Shown: one piece after another, positions 50,224 to 60,482 of the stretch
Layout of the letters: each line of letters opens with the position of its first letter
Numbering within the stretch: position 1 is the stretch's first letter
Source: an uncultured Gemmatimonadota bacterium
GTDB lineage: Bacteria > JAAXHH01
Length of the DNA stretch: 64,000 nucleotides
Reading direction: 5' to 3'
Assembly: GCA_951812955.1 (NCBI GenBank)
Contig: OX638340.1
Span: 3,552,001 to 3,616,000, forward strand
Position numbers and translations under genes: made by a program
Notes under the pieces: model-generated
Databases searched by the model: none
Seen by the model: the letters and a program-made list of their open reading frames with translations, nothing else
Told to the model about the DNA's origin: nothing

Positions 50224-51039
50224 ATGAAGCGCGCATACCACGGGTACGCAGGTTCCATTAGAGCGCTGGCGTCGGCGTGTTCGATCGCCTTCGCGCTCGT
50301 CCTCCTGCCGTCCGAACTGCGGGCCTTTGAACCGCCCGCACCCCATTTGAAAGCCTTTCTTGCCGGGCTGGACCAGCGCATGCCGCAGCCGGTTCCCGAG
50401 GGTCTGAGGACCTTCGCGGGCGACTCCACGGCTCTTCAACTGAGCACCGCTGACTTGGTGGGCATGTTCACCGCCTCGGAGCGGGATTCGCTCGCACTGT
50501 TGCGGGTCAACGTGTTCCTGGCTCGGTGGATCGCCGAAAGGAACGTGCCTGTCTACGCTTCCGGCGAGGCGGTCGACGAAGCCCTGGCGGCGGGTTTTTC
50601 CCTGGGCCTGACCTTTCCGCTCAATCACGTCGCGTATCTTTTCTTCCTCCCTGACACCGCTCAATCAGGCGATTTCCTGATCCACATCCGCGCACTCTAC
50701 GACATGAACTACACGTTCCGATTCGACCGGGATATCCTTGACGCCGACGTGATCGTCCACGGCGCGGAGACCTCGTACGCAGATGACGGCGGTCCCCGTA
50801 CCGGTTACCTCGTGACGATGGAGCTTTACGACGACCTGGCGTGGGCAAGATATACGAACATCGAGGGCATATCGGGAAGGAAGCGGGGCGTAGCGGGGTT
50901 CCTGCAGCGGGTTTTCTTCTTCTTACCGAAGACCCTGGACGGCCTGGAACTGCGGGACGGCCACCTCAAGATCAAGGCCTTCGTGGACCAGAACATCGAA
51001 GACTTCGAGCGTCTGGAACGCTACCGGGTCAGCCGTTAG
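50224..51039 (+). CDS. Secreted hypothetical protein.
   Basis: A signal peptide, SACSIAFALVLLPSELRA, follows MKRAYHG. No known motif was found. The 3' end overlaps the convergent MFS gene by 4 nt. Confidence 0.45.
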   Translation: MKRAYHGYAGSIRALASACSIAFALVLLPSELRAFEPPAPHLKAFLAGLDQRMPQPVPEGLRTFAGDSTALQLSTADLVGMFTASERDSLALLRVNVFLARWIAERNVPVYASGEAVDEALAAGFSLGLTFPLNHVAYLFFLPDTAQSGDFLIHIRALYDMNYTFRFDRDILDADVIVHGAETSYADDGGPRTGYLVTMELYDDLAWARYTNIEGISGRKRGVAGFLQRVFFFLPKTLDGLELRDGHLKIKAFVDQNIEDFERLERYRVSR

Positions 51040-52289
51040 CGATCCTGCTCGCCATGTTGCCCGACAAGCGGGATGCGCCGGGCTAACACGTACCAGGCAA
51101 CCACGATCACAATGCCTGCCGCGCCGGCCAGGAAGGCCACGAGGCGCGCCGCCACCGCGTCCAGCAACAGGCCCGTCGCCAGGGTCGAAATGGAGAAGGC
51201 CAGGGTGAAGAGCCCATGGTCCGCGGCGAATACCCGGCCGCGGTAGTCTTCGTTCACTACGAGTTGTAACCCTAGCGAAGAATACACCCACATCACCATG
51301 CTGCCCGCGGCGGCGAGGCTGATACATGCCGCGGCCAGCCAGATGGACGGGGCCTGCGAAAACAGGATGAAAAAGGCACCGTAACTGATCAGCCCGATCA
51401 GGATGCCGGTCCTCAAACGGCCGAGTCGCATGGTGTCGAAGAATTTGATGAAGACGGCGCCCAGGAGCGTCCCCAGGCCCCTGGCCGTGTACAGGATGGC
51501 AATGCCCGTATCGCCCGCACGATAGACCTGCCCGCCGAACACGGCGTAGAGCAGCACCGCGCCCCCGCCGGCGAGTCCCCACGTCGCCTTGCCCGGCAGG
51601 TAGACCCGCGTGGGCCGGTCGCGTCCGATATACTTCAGCCCCTCGATGAAATCCGACAGGAACCGTACCGGCTGTCCCGCCCCCGACGCGGCGGGTATGG
51701 CAATCCGGGCTACGAAAACCGCCGATACCAGGAAACTGAGGGCGTTCAACTGGAAGGCGGCGGACCGGCCCAGGTGATCGGCCACGAGTCCGCCGAGGGC
51801 GGAGCCGATGGTCAGCATGGCCGCCCAGGTCGTACTGGACAGCGCGTTGGCCGCGAGCAGCGCCTTGCCCTGGGCGATACTTGGCAGCGAAGCCGTGCGC
51901 GTGACGTCGAAGAAGGGCTGGAGACCTGAAAGCAGGGCCATGAAGAGGTACAGCATCCAGACGTCGTCCGCCGTTTCCACCAGCAGGAATCCGAGGGCCA
52001 CCACGGCCCGTAGGATGTCGGCGACGATCATCACCCGCTTGCGGTCGTATCGCTCGGCGACGACGCCGGCCAGCGGGGTCATCAGGAAGGGGGGCAGCAT
52101 CTGGCAGATCGTGACGATACCGAGGGCGAGCCCTGAGCCGGTCAGGGCGAGCGTAAGGCCCAGTACCGCGATCGTGTTGAACCAGTCTCCGGCGTTGGAA
52201 ACAACCTGCGACAGCCATACGAACCGGTAGGTCCGATTCTCCCGGAGCAGCCGGGTGTACGAAAGCGCCGAACCTGTTCTTGTCGCCAA
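51036..52289 (-). CDS. MFS transporter.
   Basis: It is a 12-TM protein of 417 aa with the MFS signature between TM2 and TM3 (GVVAERYDRKRVM). Confidence 0.85.
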   Translation of the reverse strand: MATRTGSALSYTRLLRENRTYRFVWLSQVVSNAGDWFNTIAVLGLTLALTGSGLALGIVTICQMLPPFLMTPLAGVVAERYDRKRVMIVADILRAVVALGFLLVETADDVWMLYLFMALLSGLQPFFDVTRTASLPSIAQGKALLAANALSSTTWAAMLTIGSALGGLVADHLGRSAAFQLNALSFLVSAVFVARIAIPAASGAGQPVRFLSDFIEGLKYIGRDRPTRVYLPGKATWGLAGGGAVLLYAVFGGQVYRAGDTGIAILYTARGLGTLLGAVFIKFFDTMRLGRLRTGILIGLISYGAFFILFSQAPSIWLAAACISLAAAGSMVMWVYSSLGLQLVVNEDYRGRVFAADHGLFTLAFSISTLATGLLLDAVAARLVAFLAGAAGIVIVVAWYVLARRIPLVGQHGEQDR

Positions 52290-52525
52290 GGGCCAGACCT
52301 GGAGGTTGGGGGACGCGGGATCGGATGACGGCTTTCTAATTACAGGCGGGAAGGCAGGATGTCAAGCGGGATGGCCGGGGAAGGACCACCAGGATGCACA
52401 GGGGCGCGCGGAGCGGTGGAAGCCACGCTGTTGCCGTACCCATCCTTGACAGGTAAAGGCCGTGGAGTTACCCTGGTAATATAACCTGCCGATGGCTTGC
52501 GGTCAGAAGCGACGGGGAGATGCTG

Positions 52526-52804
52526 ATGAGCAAACTGAAGTCGATCATGCACAACCGGACACACGGTCACCTGGGGGAAACGCGGCGCACCTGCTCCGAC
52601 TGCGTCCACGTCATGCCCGGCATGAGGGGGGACGAAGTGACCTGCGAGATCTACACGTTCAAACACCAGGCATACAATGTGCCCAGGAGGAGTTCCCTCT
52701 CTCCCGACTTCGCGAACGACTGCGGATTCTACCAGGCCATGACCCCGGTGCAGAAGGCGGAATCCGAGCGGAAGTTCAAGGAGTTCTTCAAGCGGCTCAA
52801 GTGA
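52526..52804 (+). CDS. Small Cys-containing hypothetical protein of about 92 aa.
   Basis: GGGGAG lies 7 nt upstream of ATG 52526. A CSDC...CEIY...DC arrangement and a Lys-rich C-terminus (KFKEFFKRLK) are present. The codon usage resembles that of a real gene. Confidence 0.35.
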   Translation: MSKLKSIMHNRTHGHLGETRRTCSDCVHVMPGMRGDEVTCEIYTFKHQAYNVPRRSSLSPDFANDCGFYQAMTPVQKAESERKFKEFFKRLK

Positions 52805-52948
52805 ATCGCGGGTTGAGTCGGATGTGGCCGACGCGAGACATGCTGTCTGCACTTAACCCTGTGACCGGTGCGAGAAAGCCGCTGGCGTCGCCGCGGGGAT
52901 GCCACGACGGGTTGCTGTCCGCGCTGACCATCCGGGCCGCATGCGCCG

Positions 52949-54199
52949 CTACTCGTTCATCGACTTGAGGAAATCCTTGTTCGTGGTGGTCCGTGACAGG
53001 CGCTCGGTCATCAGTTCCATGGCTTCGACCGGTCCGAGGCCGTCCAGGAATTTCCGCAGGATCTTCACCTTGCCCAGGATATCCGGTTCCAGCAGCAGCT
53101 CCGCCTTCCGGGTGGAGGACGCGCTCAGGTCGATCGCCGGGAAAATCCACCGGTTCGCCAGTTTGCGGCTGAGTTCCAGTTCCATGTTGCCCGTGCCCTT
53201 GAACTCCTCGAAGATGCCCTCGTCCATGCGGCTACCCGTCTCGATCAGCGCCGTGGCCACGATGGTAAGGCTTCCGCCTTCCTCGATGTTTCGGGCCGCT
53301 CCGAAGAAGCGCCGCGGTTTCTGCAGCGCGTTGGCGTCGATACCGCCGGACAGGATCTTGCCGCTGTGGGGCGTTACCGCGTTGTGGGCCCTTGCCAGGC
53401 GCGTGATGCTGTCGAGCAGGATGACCACGTCTTTGCCGTGTTCCACCAGCCGTTTGGCCTTCTCCAGGACCATGTCCGAGACCGCCACATGGCGCTCCGG
53501 CGGTTCGTCGAAGGTCGAACTGATCACTTCGCCCTTAACCGACCGTTCCATGTCGGTCACCTCTTCAGGCCGTTCGTCGATGAGCAGGACCATGAGCACC
53601 ACCTCGGGGTGATTGTCCGTGATGGCGTTGGCGATCTCCTGCAACAGCATGGTCTTGCCGGCCTTCGGCGGCGATACGATCAGCCCGCGCTGCCCCTTGC
53701 CGATGGGGGTCAGCAGGTCCATGACCCGCGTGGGCAGTTTATCTTTCTGGTATTCGAGAATGAACCGATCCAACGGATAGATCGGCGTCAGGTTGTCGAA
53801 GAGCGTCCGTTCCTTGGATGCCTCCGGATTGTCGAAATTGACCGTGTCCACCCGCAGGAGGGCGAAGAATCGTTCCCCGTCCTTGGGCGGTCGGATCTGG
53901 CCCGATATGGTGTCTCCGGTCCGCAGGTCGAATCGTTTGACCTGGGACGGCGCCACGTAGATGTCGTCGGGACCGTGCAGGTAGCTGTAGTCCGGCGAGC
54001 GGAGAAAGCCGCAGCGGTTGTCCGGCAGCACCTCGAGCACGCCTTCCCCGAAGATGACGCCTTCTTTCTCCGTCTGCGCCTGTAGAATGCTGAAGATCAG
54101 TTCCTGTTTCCGCAGGCCCGTGTAGCTCTGCAGATCGAGCTCCTGGGCTATGGAATACAGGTCGGGCAGTGTCTTGGTTTTCAATTCCAGAATGTGCAT
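52949..54199 (-). CDS. rho: Transcription termination factor Rho.
   Basis: An N-terminal RNA-binding domain is followed by the RecA-like ATPase, with Walker [16 protein letters not shown] and Walker [11 protein letters not shown]. Length is 416 aa. Confidence 0.9.
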   Translation of the reverse strand: MHILELKTKTLPDLYSIAQELDLQSYTGLRKQELIFSILQAQTEKEGVIFGEGVLEVLPDNRCGFLRSPDYSYLHGPDDIYVAPSQVKRFDLRTGDTISGQIRPPKDGERFFALLRVDTVNFDNPEASKERTLFDNLTPIYPLDRFILEYQKDKLPTRVMDLLTPIGKGQRGLIVSPPKAGKTMLLQEIANAITDNHPEVVLMVLLIDERPEEVTDMERSVKGEVISSTFDEPPERHVAVSDMVLEKAKRLVEHGKDVVILLDSITRLARAHNAVTPHSGKILSGGIDANALQKPRRFFGAARNIEEGGSLTIVATALIETGSRMDEGIFEEFKGTGNMELELSRKLANRWIFPAIDLSASSTRKAELLLEPDILGKVKILRKFLDGLGPVEAMELMTERLSRTTTNKDFLKSMNE

Positions 54200-54668
54200 G
54201 CTTCCTTCCCTTTTATAAGGTAAGATTGGCTCCCGCCTGCCGGTCGTTCCTACAATGAAGATTCCCGGGGCGCGGCGAAGGGAGTGTGTTTTCTAACGGA
54301 CTGGGTTGTGAACATTGTGAGCGGCGAAAACGACGGAATGCGGACGGGTCGTTCCCGGTAGTCGGGCCTGGCGAGCCGCGTCTGGAGACGCGCGGTTTTT
54401 CTGCTCTGGTTATGCCATCGGGAATAGGGGCAAACGCAACTTACCTTTGTGATGGAGCAATCCCGTAGAATGCGGTACCGGCCGTCATGAATCTGATCTT
54501 AAGGAAGAATCGGCTTTCCAATGAGGAATCAATCAGGGGAACGTGCAAGGCATCGGGCTGCCGCCGTGACGGCGACACGAGTAATATACGGTTTTAATTC
54601 GCCGTGTCAAGTCCCAGGACCACTTTTTTTCGTAAACCTCTACGCCTCAGGGCCCGACCCGGGTCGGT

Positions 54669-55955
54669 TCACTCGTTCATCTTGGGGTCGAGGGCGTCGC
54701 GAAGCCCGTCGCCCATCAACTGGAATCCGAGCATGGTGAGGGCGATCATGATGGCGGGAAAGGTGGCCAGGTGCCAGTAAGAACGGATATAGTTGGCGTT
54801 CTCCCCGACCATCTGTCCCCAGCTCGGCGTCGGCGGGCTGATGCCGATGCCGATGAAACTCAGCCCGGCCTCCGCGAATATGGCGGAAGGGATCCCCAGG
54901 GCGAGTGCTACGATCAGCGGCGTCATGCTGTTTGGCAGGATGTGGGTCACGACGATACGGAAATGGCTGCCGCCCATGGCCTTGGCGGCCCGGACGAATT
55001 CTTTTTCCTTCAAAGACAGAATCTGCCCCCTCAGAAGACGGCATACCCCTACCCATCCGGTCACCCCGATGGCCACGAAGATGTTGAATAACCCGGCCCC
55101 CAGCCACGACATGATCAGGATGATGAAAAGCAGGCCCGGAAAGGCCGACATGATGTCTACGCCCCGCATGATGACGCTGTCCACGCGGCCTCCGGCGTAT
55201 CCGGCTAGGGCGCCCAGGGGTACTCCGATGGCGAAGATGATGGCCTGCACGAGGACGCCTACCGTCATGGAAATCTCCGCGCCGTAGATGACCCGGCTGA
55301 AGAGATCGCGGCCCAGTCCGTCCGTGCCGAAGGGAAACATCCAGGACGGTTCCTGCCAGGCGACCAGGAAGTTCTGTTTGGTATAATGCAGTGGCGCGAT
55401 CCAGGGCGCGAGCAGCGCCGTGTTGCTCAGCAGCAGGACCAGGAAGAGCCCCACCAGGGAGAGCTTATTGCGGGAAAACCGCCGGGTGGCGTCCGCCCAG
55501 AGCCCGCTGTCGTGTTTCTTGAAATACCGGTAGGCTCGCGGCCAGAGCAGAGTGAACTCCGTGGCCAGCGTGACGCGGAAGATCAGTCCCGCCCAGGAGA
55601 AGAAGGGTTCGAGACCCTCCCAGCTCATGGACTCCGACAGGCTTTCGGGTATGTCTTCCGTGCCGTAAGGGTACAGGTCCATCCAGGGTCCGAGCAGCCA
55701 CCACGCCGCGAGCAAGGCGCCGGCGCCCAGGGCGGCGAAGAGCGGCTTACTCTGGTACGCCCGGTGACAGAAGGACGCCCAACGCCCGGTTTCGTTCTTT
55801 CTTCCCAGGCGGTACATTCGGGGCAGGCTGAGCACCAGCTGGATCGCCAGCGCGATCCGCCCCACCTCGAGGATCATGGTGTCCCAGCTCCATCCCAGGA
55901 TGGCGCCCAGGACCCAGACGAGACTCGCGTCGCCCGGTGTGCCGATCGATTCCAT
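54669..55955 (-). CDS. Oligopeptide/dipeptide ABC permease (OppC/DppC-like) with an N-terminal extra-TM extension of about 150 aa.
   Basis: The canonical start region RRFSRNKLSLVGLFLVLLLSNTALLAPWIAP is preceded by additional hydrophobic helices. The EAA-loop region is present. The ATG lies 1 nt after the upstream gene's stop. Confidence 0.75.
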   Translation of the reverse strand: MESIGTPGDASLVWVLGAILGWSWDTMILEVGRIALAIQLVLSLPRMYRLGRKNETGRWASFCHRAYQSKPLFAALGAGALLAAWWLLGPWMDLYPYGTEDIPESLSESMSWEGLEPFFSWAGLIFRVTLATEFTLLWPRAYRYFKKHDSGLWADATRRFSRNKLSLVGLFLVLLLSNTALLAPWIAPLHYTKQNFLVAWQEPSWMFPFGTDGLGRDLFSRVIYGAEISMTVGVLVQAIIFAIGVPLGALAGYAGGRVDSVIMRGVDIMSAFPGLLFIILIMSWLGAGLFNIFVAIGVTGWVGVCRLLRGQILSLKEKEFVRAAKAMGGSHFRIVVTHILPNSMTPLIVALALGIPSAIFAEAGLSFIGIGISPPTPSWGQMVGENANYIRSYWHLATFPAIMIALTMLGFQLMGDGLRDALDPKMNE

Positions 55956-55956
55956 G

Positions 55957-57267
55957 CTAGTCCTTCCGATACCGAATGCGGGGGTCTACCAGGGCGTACA
56001 TGAGATCCGTAATCACGTAGATGACGACGATGAGCGACGACCAGAGCAGGGCCGTGGACATGATCATGGGGTAGTCCCGGGCGAATACGCTCGTGGTGAA
56101 ATACCGCCCCAGGCCGGGAATGCGGAAGATCGTCTCAATAAAAAACGACCCGGTGATTAGGTTGGCCATCATCGGTCCCGCGATGGTCAGCAGGGGGATC
56201 AGGGCGTTCTTGAACACGTGCACCACCACGACCGAGAACTCGGTCAGTCCCTTGGCCCGGGCGGTGCGCACATAGTCGGCCCGGATGGCTTCGATCATGT
56301 TCGACCGGGTGTATCTTGCCACGACGGCCATATCGCCAAGCGACAGGGCGATTACGGGCATAACCCAGTCTTTGGGCGAATTCCAGCCCCCCGTTTCAAA
56401 TAAGTGCAGCCAGAGCGAGAACACGACGGTCAGGCCCACTGCGACGACGAAACTGGGCGTTACGATACTGAACACCGCCGTGAGCGAGGCGACGTAGTCT
56501 ATCCACGAATTCTGGTACACCGCCGCGAGAATACCGAGTAGCAGCCCGCCGGTGAGGGCCACGATCAGGGCCATGCTGCCCAGGTGGACGGATACGGGCC
56601 AGGCCTGGGCAATGAGTTCCTGGCAGGTCTTGCTCTGGTGCTGGAAGGAGTAGCCGAAGTCGCCTCTTACGACGTTGCTCACCCAGGAGATGTACTGAAT
56701 GTGGAGCGGCTGATCGAGATTGTACTTACGCATCAGGTTCGCCCGCACCTCCGGCGTCAGCGGTATGCCGCCGGTCTCGCCGCCGGCGTCGAAAGGACCT
56801 CCGGGCACGGCGTGCATGATGGAAAAGGTGATGACGGATACTGCGAAGAGTACGGGGAAGATCCAGAGTATGCGGCGGACCAGGTACCGGAAGCCCAGGT
56901 TCAGACCGAACAGGAAAATGCTGGTAATCGCAAGCATGATCAGCGTGCGTACCAGCATGACGTTCAGGGAATCGGTTCCCCACAGCGCCAGGCCCACGGC
57001 CGCCAGGGCGATGGTCCGCGCGGCCAGGTTCGGCACGCGGAATCGGCGCAGCAAGGTGGAGGCGGCGACGAACAGGAGAAGCCAGAGCGCCGCGAGGGCG
57101 GTGCCGAACACGCCGAGTTGCGGAGTCGCGACGGCCAGGGCGACGATGGTGATCAACGTCTGGACGCCCTTGACGAAGGTTGCGTCAAGCTTGCGCCGGT
57201 CTCCCCAGTAACCCGCGGCCAGGACGAGCAACAGCCACAGGACGCCAATGATCCCTACTACGGGCAT
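55957..57267 (-). CDS. Oligopeptide/dipeptide ABC permease (OppB/DppB-like) with an N-terminal extra-TM extension of about 115 aa.
   Basis: The canonical OppB start LVRRILWIFPVLFAVSVITFSIMHAVPGGPFD appears at residue 118 or so. It is preceded by 3 or more hydrophobic helices in the same frame. AAGGA lies upstream of ATG 57267. Confidence 0.75.
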   Translation of the reverse strand: MPVVGIIGVLWLLLVLAAGYWGDRRKLDATFVKGVQTLITIVALAVATPQLGVFGTALAALWLLLFVAASTLLRRFRVPNLAARTIALAAVGLALWGTDSLNVMLVRTLIMLAITSIFLFGLNLGFRYLVRRILWIFPVLFAVSVITFSIMHAVPGGPFDAGGETGGIPLTPEVRANLMRKYNLDQPLHIQYISWVSNVVRGDFGYSFQHQSKTCQELIAQAWPVSVHLGSMALIVALTGGLLLGILAAVYQNSWIDYVASLTAVFSIVTPSFVVAVGLTVVFSLWLHLFETGGWNSPKDWVMPVIALSLGDMAVVARYTRSNMIEAIRADYVRTARAKGLTEFSVVVVHVFKNALIPLLTIAGPMMANLITGSFFIETIFRIPGLGRYFTTSVFARDYPMIMSTALLWSSLIVVIYVITDLMYALVDPRIRYRKD

Positions 57268-57505
57268 CCGATCGTCTAATCCTTTGCTTGGATGGGATGA
57301 TTACATGCGATACCGCGGTTCGTAGGATGAGGAAACCGCCTGCATGGGCGAGCCCTTCCGCAAAACGCGGAGCAAACGGAGCCAAGGCCCCGCCGACCGC
57401 CAGACAACGTATAGGCCCCGGATGATTCTGTCAACGTAATTCGGTCGCTTCGCCAGGGCAAAAACCTGTTGATTCGGCGGGCCGTTTTGTTGTTTCATAG
57501 GGGTT

Positions 57506-58198
57506 ATGGACTACCTGCTCAGTGGATTCCTGGAAGCGGTCCGTCTGCTTATGTCCGGTGAATCCGGCGTGTACACCATCGTCGGCGTTTCCGTTTTCGT
57601 CGCGGTGTCCGCGATCCTGCTGGCCTCCGTGATGGGATTGCCCGCTGGCTACTTCCTCGCGACGCACCGGTTTCGGGGCCAGCGGCTGGTAACGACGGTG
57701 CTCAATACGTTGCTGGCCATGCCGACCGTGGTGATCGGCCTCTTCGTGTATTCCCTGATCTCCCGGCGCGGTCCACTGGGCTTTCTGGAACTGTTGTATA
57801 CGCCTCAGGCCATGATTATCGGCGAGACGATCCTCGCCCTGCCCATCGTGGCCGCGTTTACGTTGTCGGCTATCCGCGCTGTTGATTCACGGATCACGGA
57901 GACGGCCCTGACACTGGGCGCGACGACGGCTCAGACGGCCCGCACGCTCATATCCGAGGCCCGGTACGGAATCATGGCCGCGGTGGTCGCCGCCTTCGGC
58001 CGGGTGATCGCCGAGGTGGGCGCGGCCATGATGCTGGGCGGCAATATCAAGGGGAGTACGCGGACCATGACGACGGCGATCGCCCTGGAGAGCAGCAAGG
58101 GGGAGTTCGGACTGGCCATCGCCCTGGGTATCATCCTGCTGCTGACGGCATTCGGCGCGAACATTCTCTTTCACTGGCTGCAGGGATTCGACGACTGA
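57506..58198 (+). CDS. Small ABC transporter permease (ModB/TupB-type, 5-6 TM).
   Basis: It has the inner-membrane-component fold of binding-protein-dependent transporters. Length is 230 aa. The stop is coupled to the next gene as ATGA. Confidence 0.7.
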   Translation: MDYLLSGFLEAVRLLMSGESGVYTIVGVSVFVAVSAILLASVMGLPAGYFLATHRFRGQRLVTTVLNTLLAMPTVVIGLFVYSLISRRGPLGFLELLYTPQAMIIGETILALPIVAAFTLSAIRAVDSRITETALTLGATTAQTARTLISEARYGIMAAVVAAFGRVIAEVGAAMMLGGNIKGSTRTMTTAIALESSKGEFGLAIALGIILLLTAFGANILFHWLQGFDD

Positions 58199-59214
58199 TG
58201 GCCGATCCGATCATCGTGGGCGAGCACATTTCGCACCGTTACGGCGCCGGGTTTCATTTGCATGTCGACCGCCTTGCCCTGTCCGCCGCGAGAACCTATG
58301 CGGTTTACGGGGCGAACGGATCGGGCAAGACGACGCTCTTGAACATACTCGCCCTGCTGACCCATCCGCAGGAGGGCCGGATCCTCCTCGATGGCCGGCC
58401 CGTGAACGATTCGGATCCCGCCCGAAGCCGCGGGTACCGCCGCCGCGTCACGCTGCTCATGCAGCATGTCTACCTGTTCCGGTCCACCGTCTTCGATAAC
58501 GTGGCGTCGGGCCTGCGGTTCCGCGGCGTGGCGAAGGAGGCGCTGGAAGAACGGGTGACGCGCATGCTAAGCAAGGTGGGCCTGGAAAAACTCGCCCACC
58601 GTTCTGCCCACAGCCTTTCGGGCGGCGAAGCCCAGCGCGCCGGCCTGGCCAGGGCACTGGTAACGGAACCCGACGTGCTGCTGCTCGACGAACCCACGGC
58701 CAGCGTCGATGCGGCGCACGGCCGGCAGATCGAAGAGATACTCCGGGAAACCTGTAGACAACGGCGGATGACCGTGGTACTCTCGACACACCAGTACGAC
58801 CAGGCCCATCGCGTCGCCGACGAAGTTCTGATCATGCGCGACGGACGCTTGATCGAGGCGGGACCGGAGAACGTTTTCAAGGGACGTATTGACGAATCGG
58901 TGGACGGACCGGTTGCCAGGCTGGACTGCGGCGTAACGCTACGCACGAACACGGCCGTGCGCGGAGATGCTCTTGTAGCCATTTCACCACGGGAAATTCA
59001 GTTGTCCCGTTCGCCCCACCCTTCGGAAGCCGCGAACAGGCTCGAAGGCGTCCTGAGCGCCGCGGCGGTGGACGGAGACCGCATTCGCCTGGACGTGGAC
59101 GCCGGCCTGCGGTTGACCGTACACGTGGCGCGGGCATCCTTCGCCGGTATGGGGCTTAACGTAGGGGACTCGGTGTACGCCGCCATAGGGGCATCGGCCG
59201 TTCGGACGCAGTAA
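58198..59214 (+). CDS. ABC transporter ATP-binding protein with a C-terminal TOBE/Mop-like domain (ModC/TupC-like).
   Basis: Walker A GANGSGKTTL, the signature LSGGEAQR and Walker B LLLDEP are present. The C-terminal roughly 110 aa form a beta-rich regulatory domain. Confidence 0.85.
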   Translation: MADPIIVGEHISHRYGAGFHLHVDRLALSAARTYAVYGANGSGKTTLLNILALLTHPQEGRILLDGRPVNDSDPARSRGYRRRVTLLMQHVYLFRSTVFDNVASGLRFRGVAKEALEERVTRMLSKVGLEKLAHRSAHSLSGGEAQRAGLARALVTEPDVLLLDEPTASVDAAHGRQIEEILRETCRQRRMTVVLSTHQYDQAHRVADEVLIMRDGRLIEAGPENVFKGRIDESVDGPVARLDCGVTLRTNTAVRGDALVAISPREIQLSRSPHPSEAANRLEGVLSAAAVDGDRIRLDVDAGLRLTVHVARASFAGMGLNVGDSVYAAIGASAVRTQ

Positions 59215-59215
59215 C

Positions 59216-59345
59216 GGGACGGGGGTTCCCCGGTGCGGTTCCGGTGTGCGGTTCCCGGGTGCGATTCCCCAGCGCGGTTCATGGGTGCGGTTTCGGGACG
59301 GGGGTTCCCCGGCGCGGTTCCGGTGTGCGGTTCCCCGGTGCGGAT
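59216..59345. repeat. Intergenic direct repeat. A roughly 41-bp unit occurs twice, built from short GYGCGGTTCC sub-repeats.
   Basis: gggacgggggttccccggYgcggttccggtgtgcggttccc occurs at 59216-59256 and again at 59295-59336. Confidence 0.75.
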
Positions 59346-59426
59346 CGCAAACGGTTCCGCTCTTGCCGTTTTGATTCCTCAAGGATTGCTTTCCTGACTA
59401 CGGAATGACAAACAACGGAGGGAACA

Positions 59427-60332
59427 ATGACCACCCGGGATTCCAGAAGTCTGATCATGGGCAAGGACGAGCTGCTGATGGACGGCAGTTACCTGTCCAC
59501 GCTCCGGGAAGCCAACGAATTGCTGGACGACACGGACGGGCTGCGCGAGCGTATGGCCGAAGACGGCTACCTGCTCATCCGGGGACTCCATGACCCGGAT
59601 AAGGTCCAGGAAGCCCGCAGGGCCGTCCTGGAGAATCTCGACGCCAACGGCCAGATCGACCGGGACTACCCCCTCGATCTGGGTGTAGCGGCGCCGGGAA
59701 AGCGGGGAGCCTTCTTCGGCGGCGCCAAGCAGGTGACCCATACGGACGAATTCCTCGCGGTGGTCAACTCCCCCGAAATCATGGGGTTCTTCGAAGGGTT
59801 CCTGGGGGGTCCCGTCCTTACCTTCGACTACAAGTGGCTGCGGGCAGTGGGCCCGGGAACCAACACCGGGGCGCACTACGACATGGTCTACATGGGACGG
59901 GGCACGCCGAACCTGTATACCGTGTGGACGCCCCTGGACGATGTCACCTACGACATGGGTCCCCTGGTCATTCTGGCTGGATCCCACCAGTTCGAGGCCG
60001 TCAAGGAGACCTACGGCAAGATGGACGTGGACCGCGACCACGTGACGGGCCACTTCACCAACGAGCCCATCGAGATGGTCGACCAGTACGGGGGCCAGTG
60101 GCAGACGAGCGAATTCCGGATGGGCGACGTGATCGTCCTCGGCATGTACACCATGCACGGGTCCATCAACAACGCGTCGAACCGCTACCGCATCAGCACC
60201 GACACCCGCTACCAGTTGGCCACCGAACCCGTCGACCACCGTTGGGTCGGCGAGAACCCCGTCGCCCATTACGCGTGGACCGAGGGCAAGACCGTGTCCA
60301 TGGATGAGATGCGTAAGAAATGGAAGGTCTAG
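59427..60332 (+). CDS. Phytanoyl-CoA dioxygenase (PhyH)-family oxygenase, a second copy.
   Basis: GGAGG lies 6 nt upstream of the ATG. The HxD motif (GAHYDMVY) and distal histidine (MHGS) are present. Confidence 0.75.
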   Translation: MTTRDSRSLIMGKDELLMDGSYLSTLREANELLDDTDGLRERMAEDGYLLIRGLHDPDKVQEARRAVLENLDANGQIDRDYPLDLGVAAPGKRGAFFGGAKQVTHTDEFLAVVNSPEIMGFFEGFLGGPVLTFDYKWLRAVGPGTNTGAHYDMVYMGRGTPNLYTVWTPLDDVTYDMGPLVILAGSHQFEAVKETYGKMDVDRDHVTGHFTNEPIEMVDQYGGQWQTSEFRMGDVIVLGMYTMHGSINNASNRYRISTDTRYQLATEPVDHRWVGENPVAHYAWTEGKTVSMDEMRKKWKV

Positions 60333-60482
60333 CGCGTTAATGTCGATCGCGGAATGCCCGGCCGTCCATACCGCCGGGTCGGCGGACCGCCGCACGGTTC
60401 ACTCAATCCTCAAATCGGTCCGGCATAGATCGAATATCCCTGACCACTCACCCGATTACCACGGGAACGCGAAGTGCGTCAT

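Noticed and set aside
59216-59345. A possible CRISPR array.
   Set aside because: The units are 10-41 bp degenerate direct repeats with no unique spacers of regular length and no cas genes nearby.
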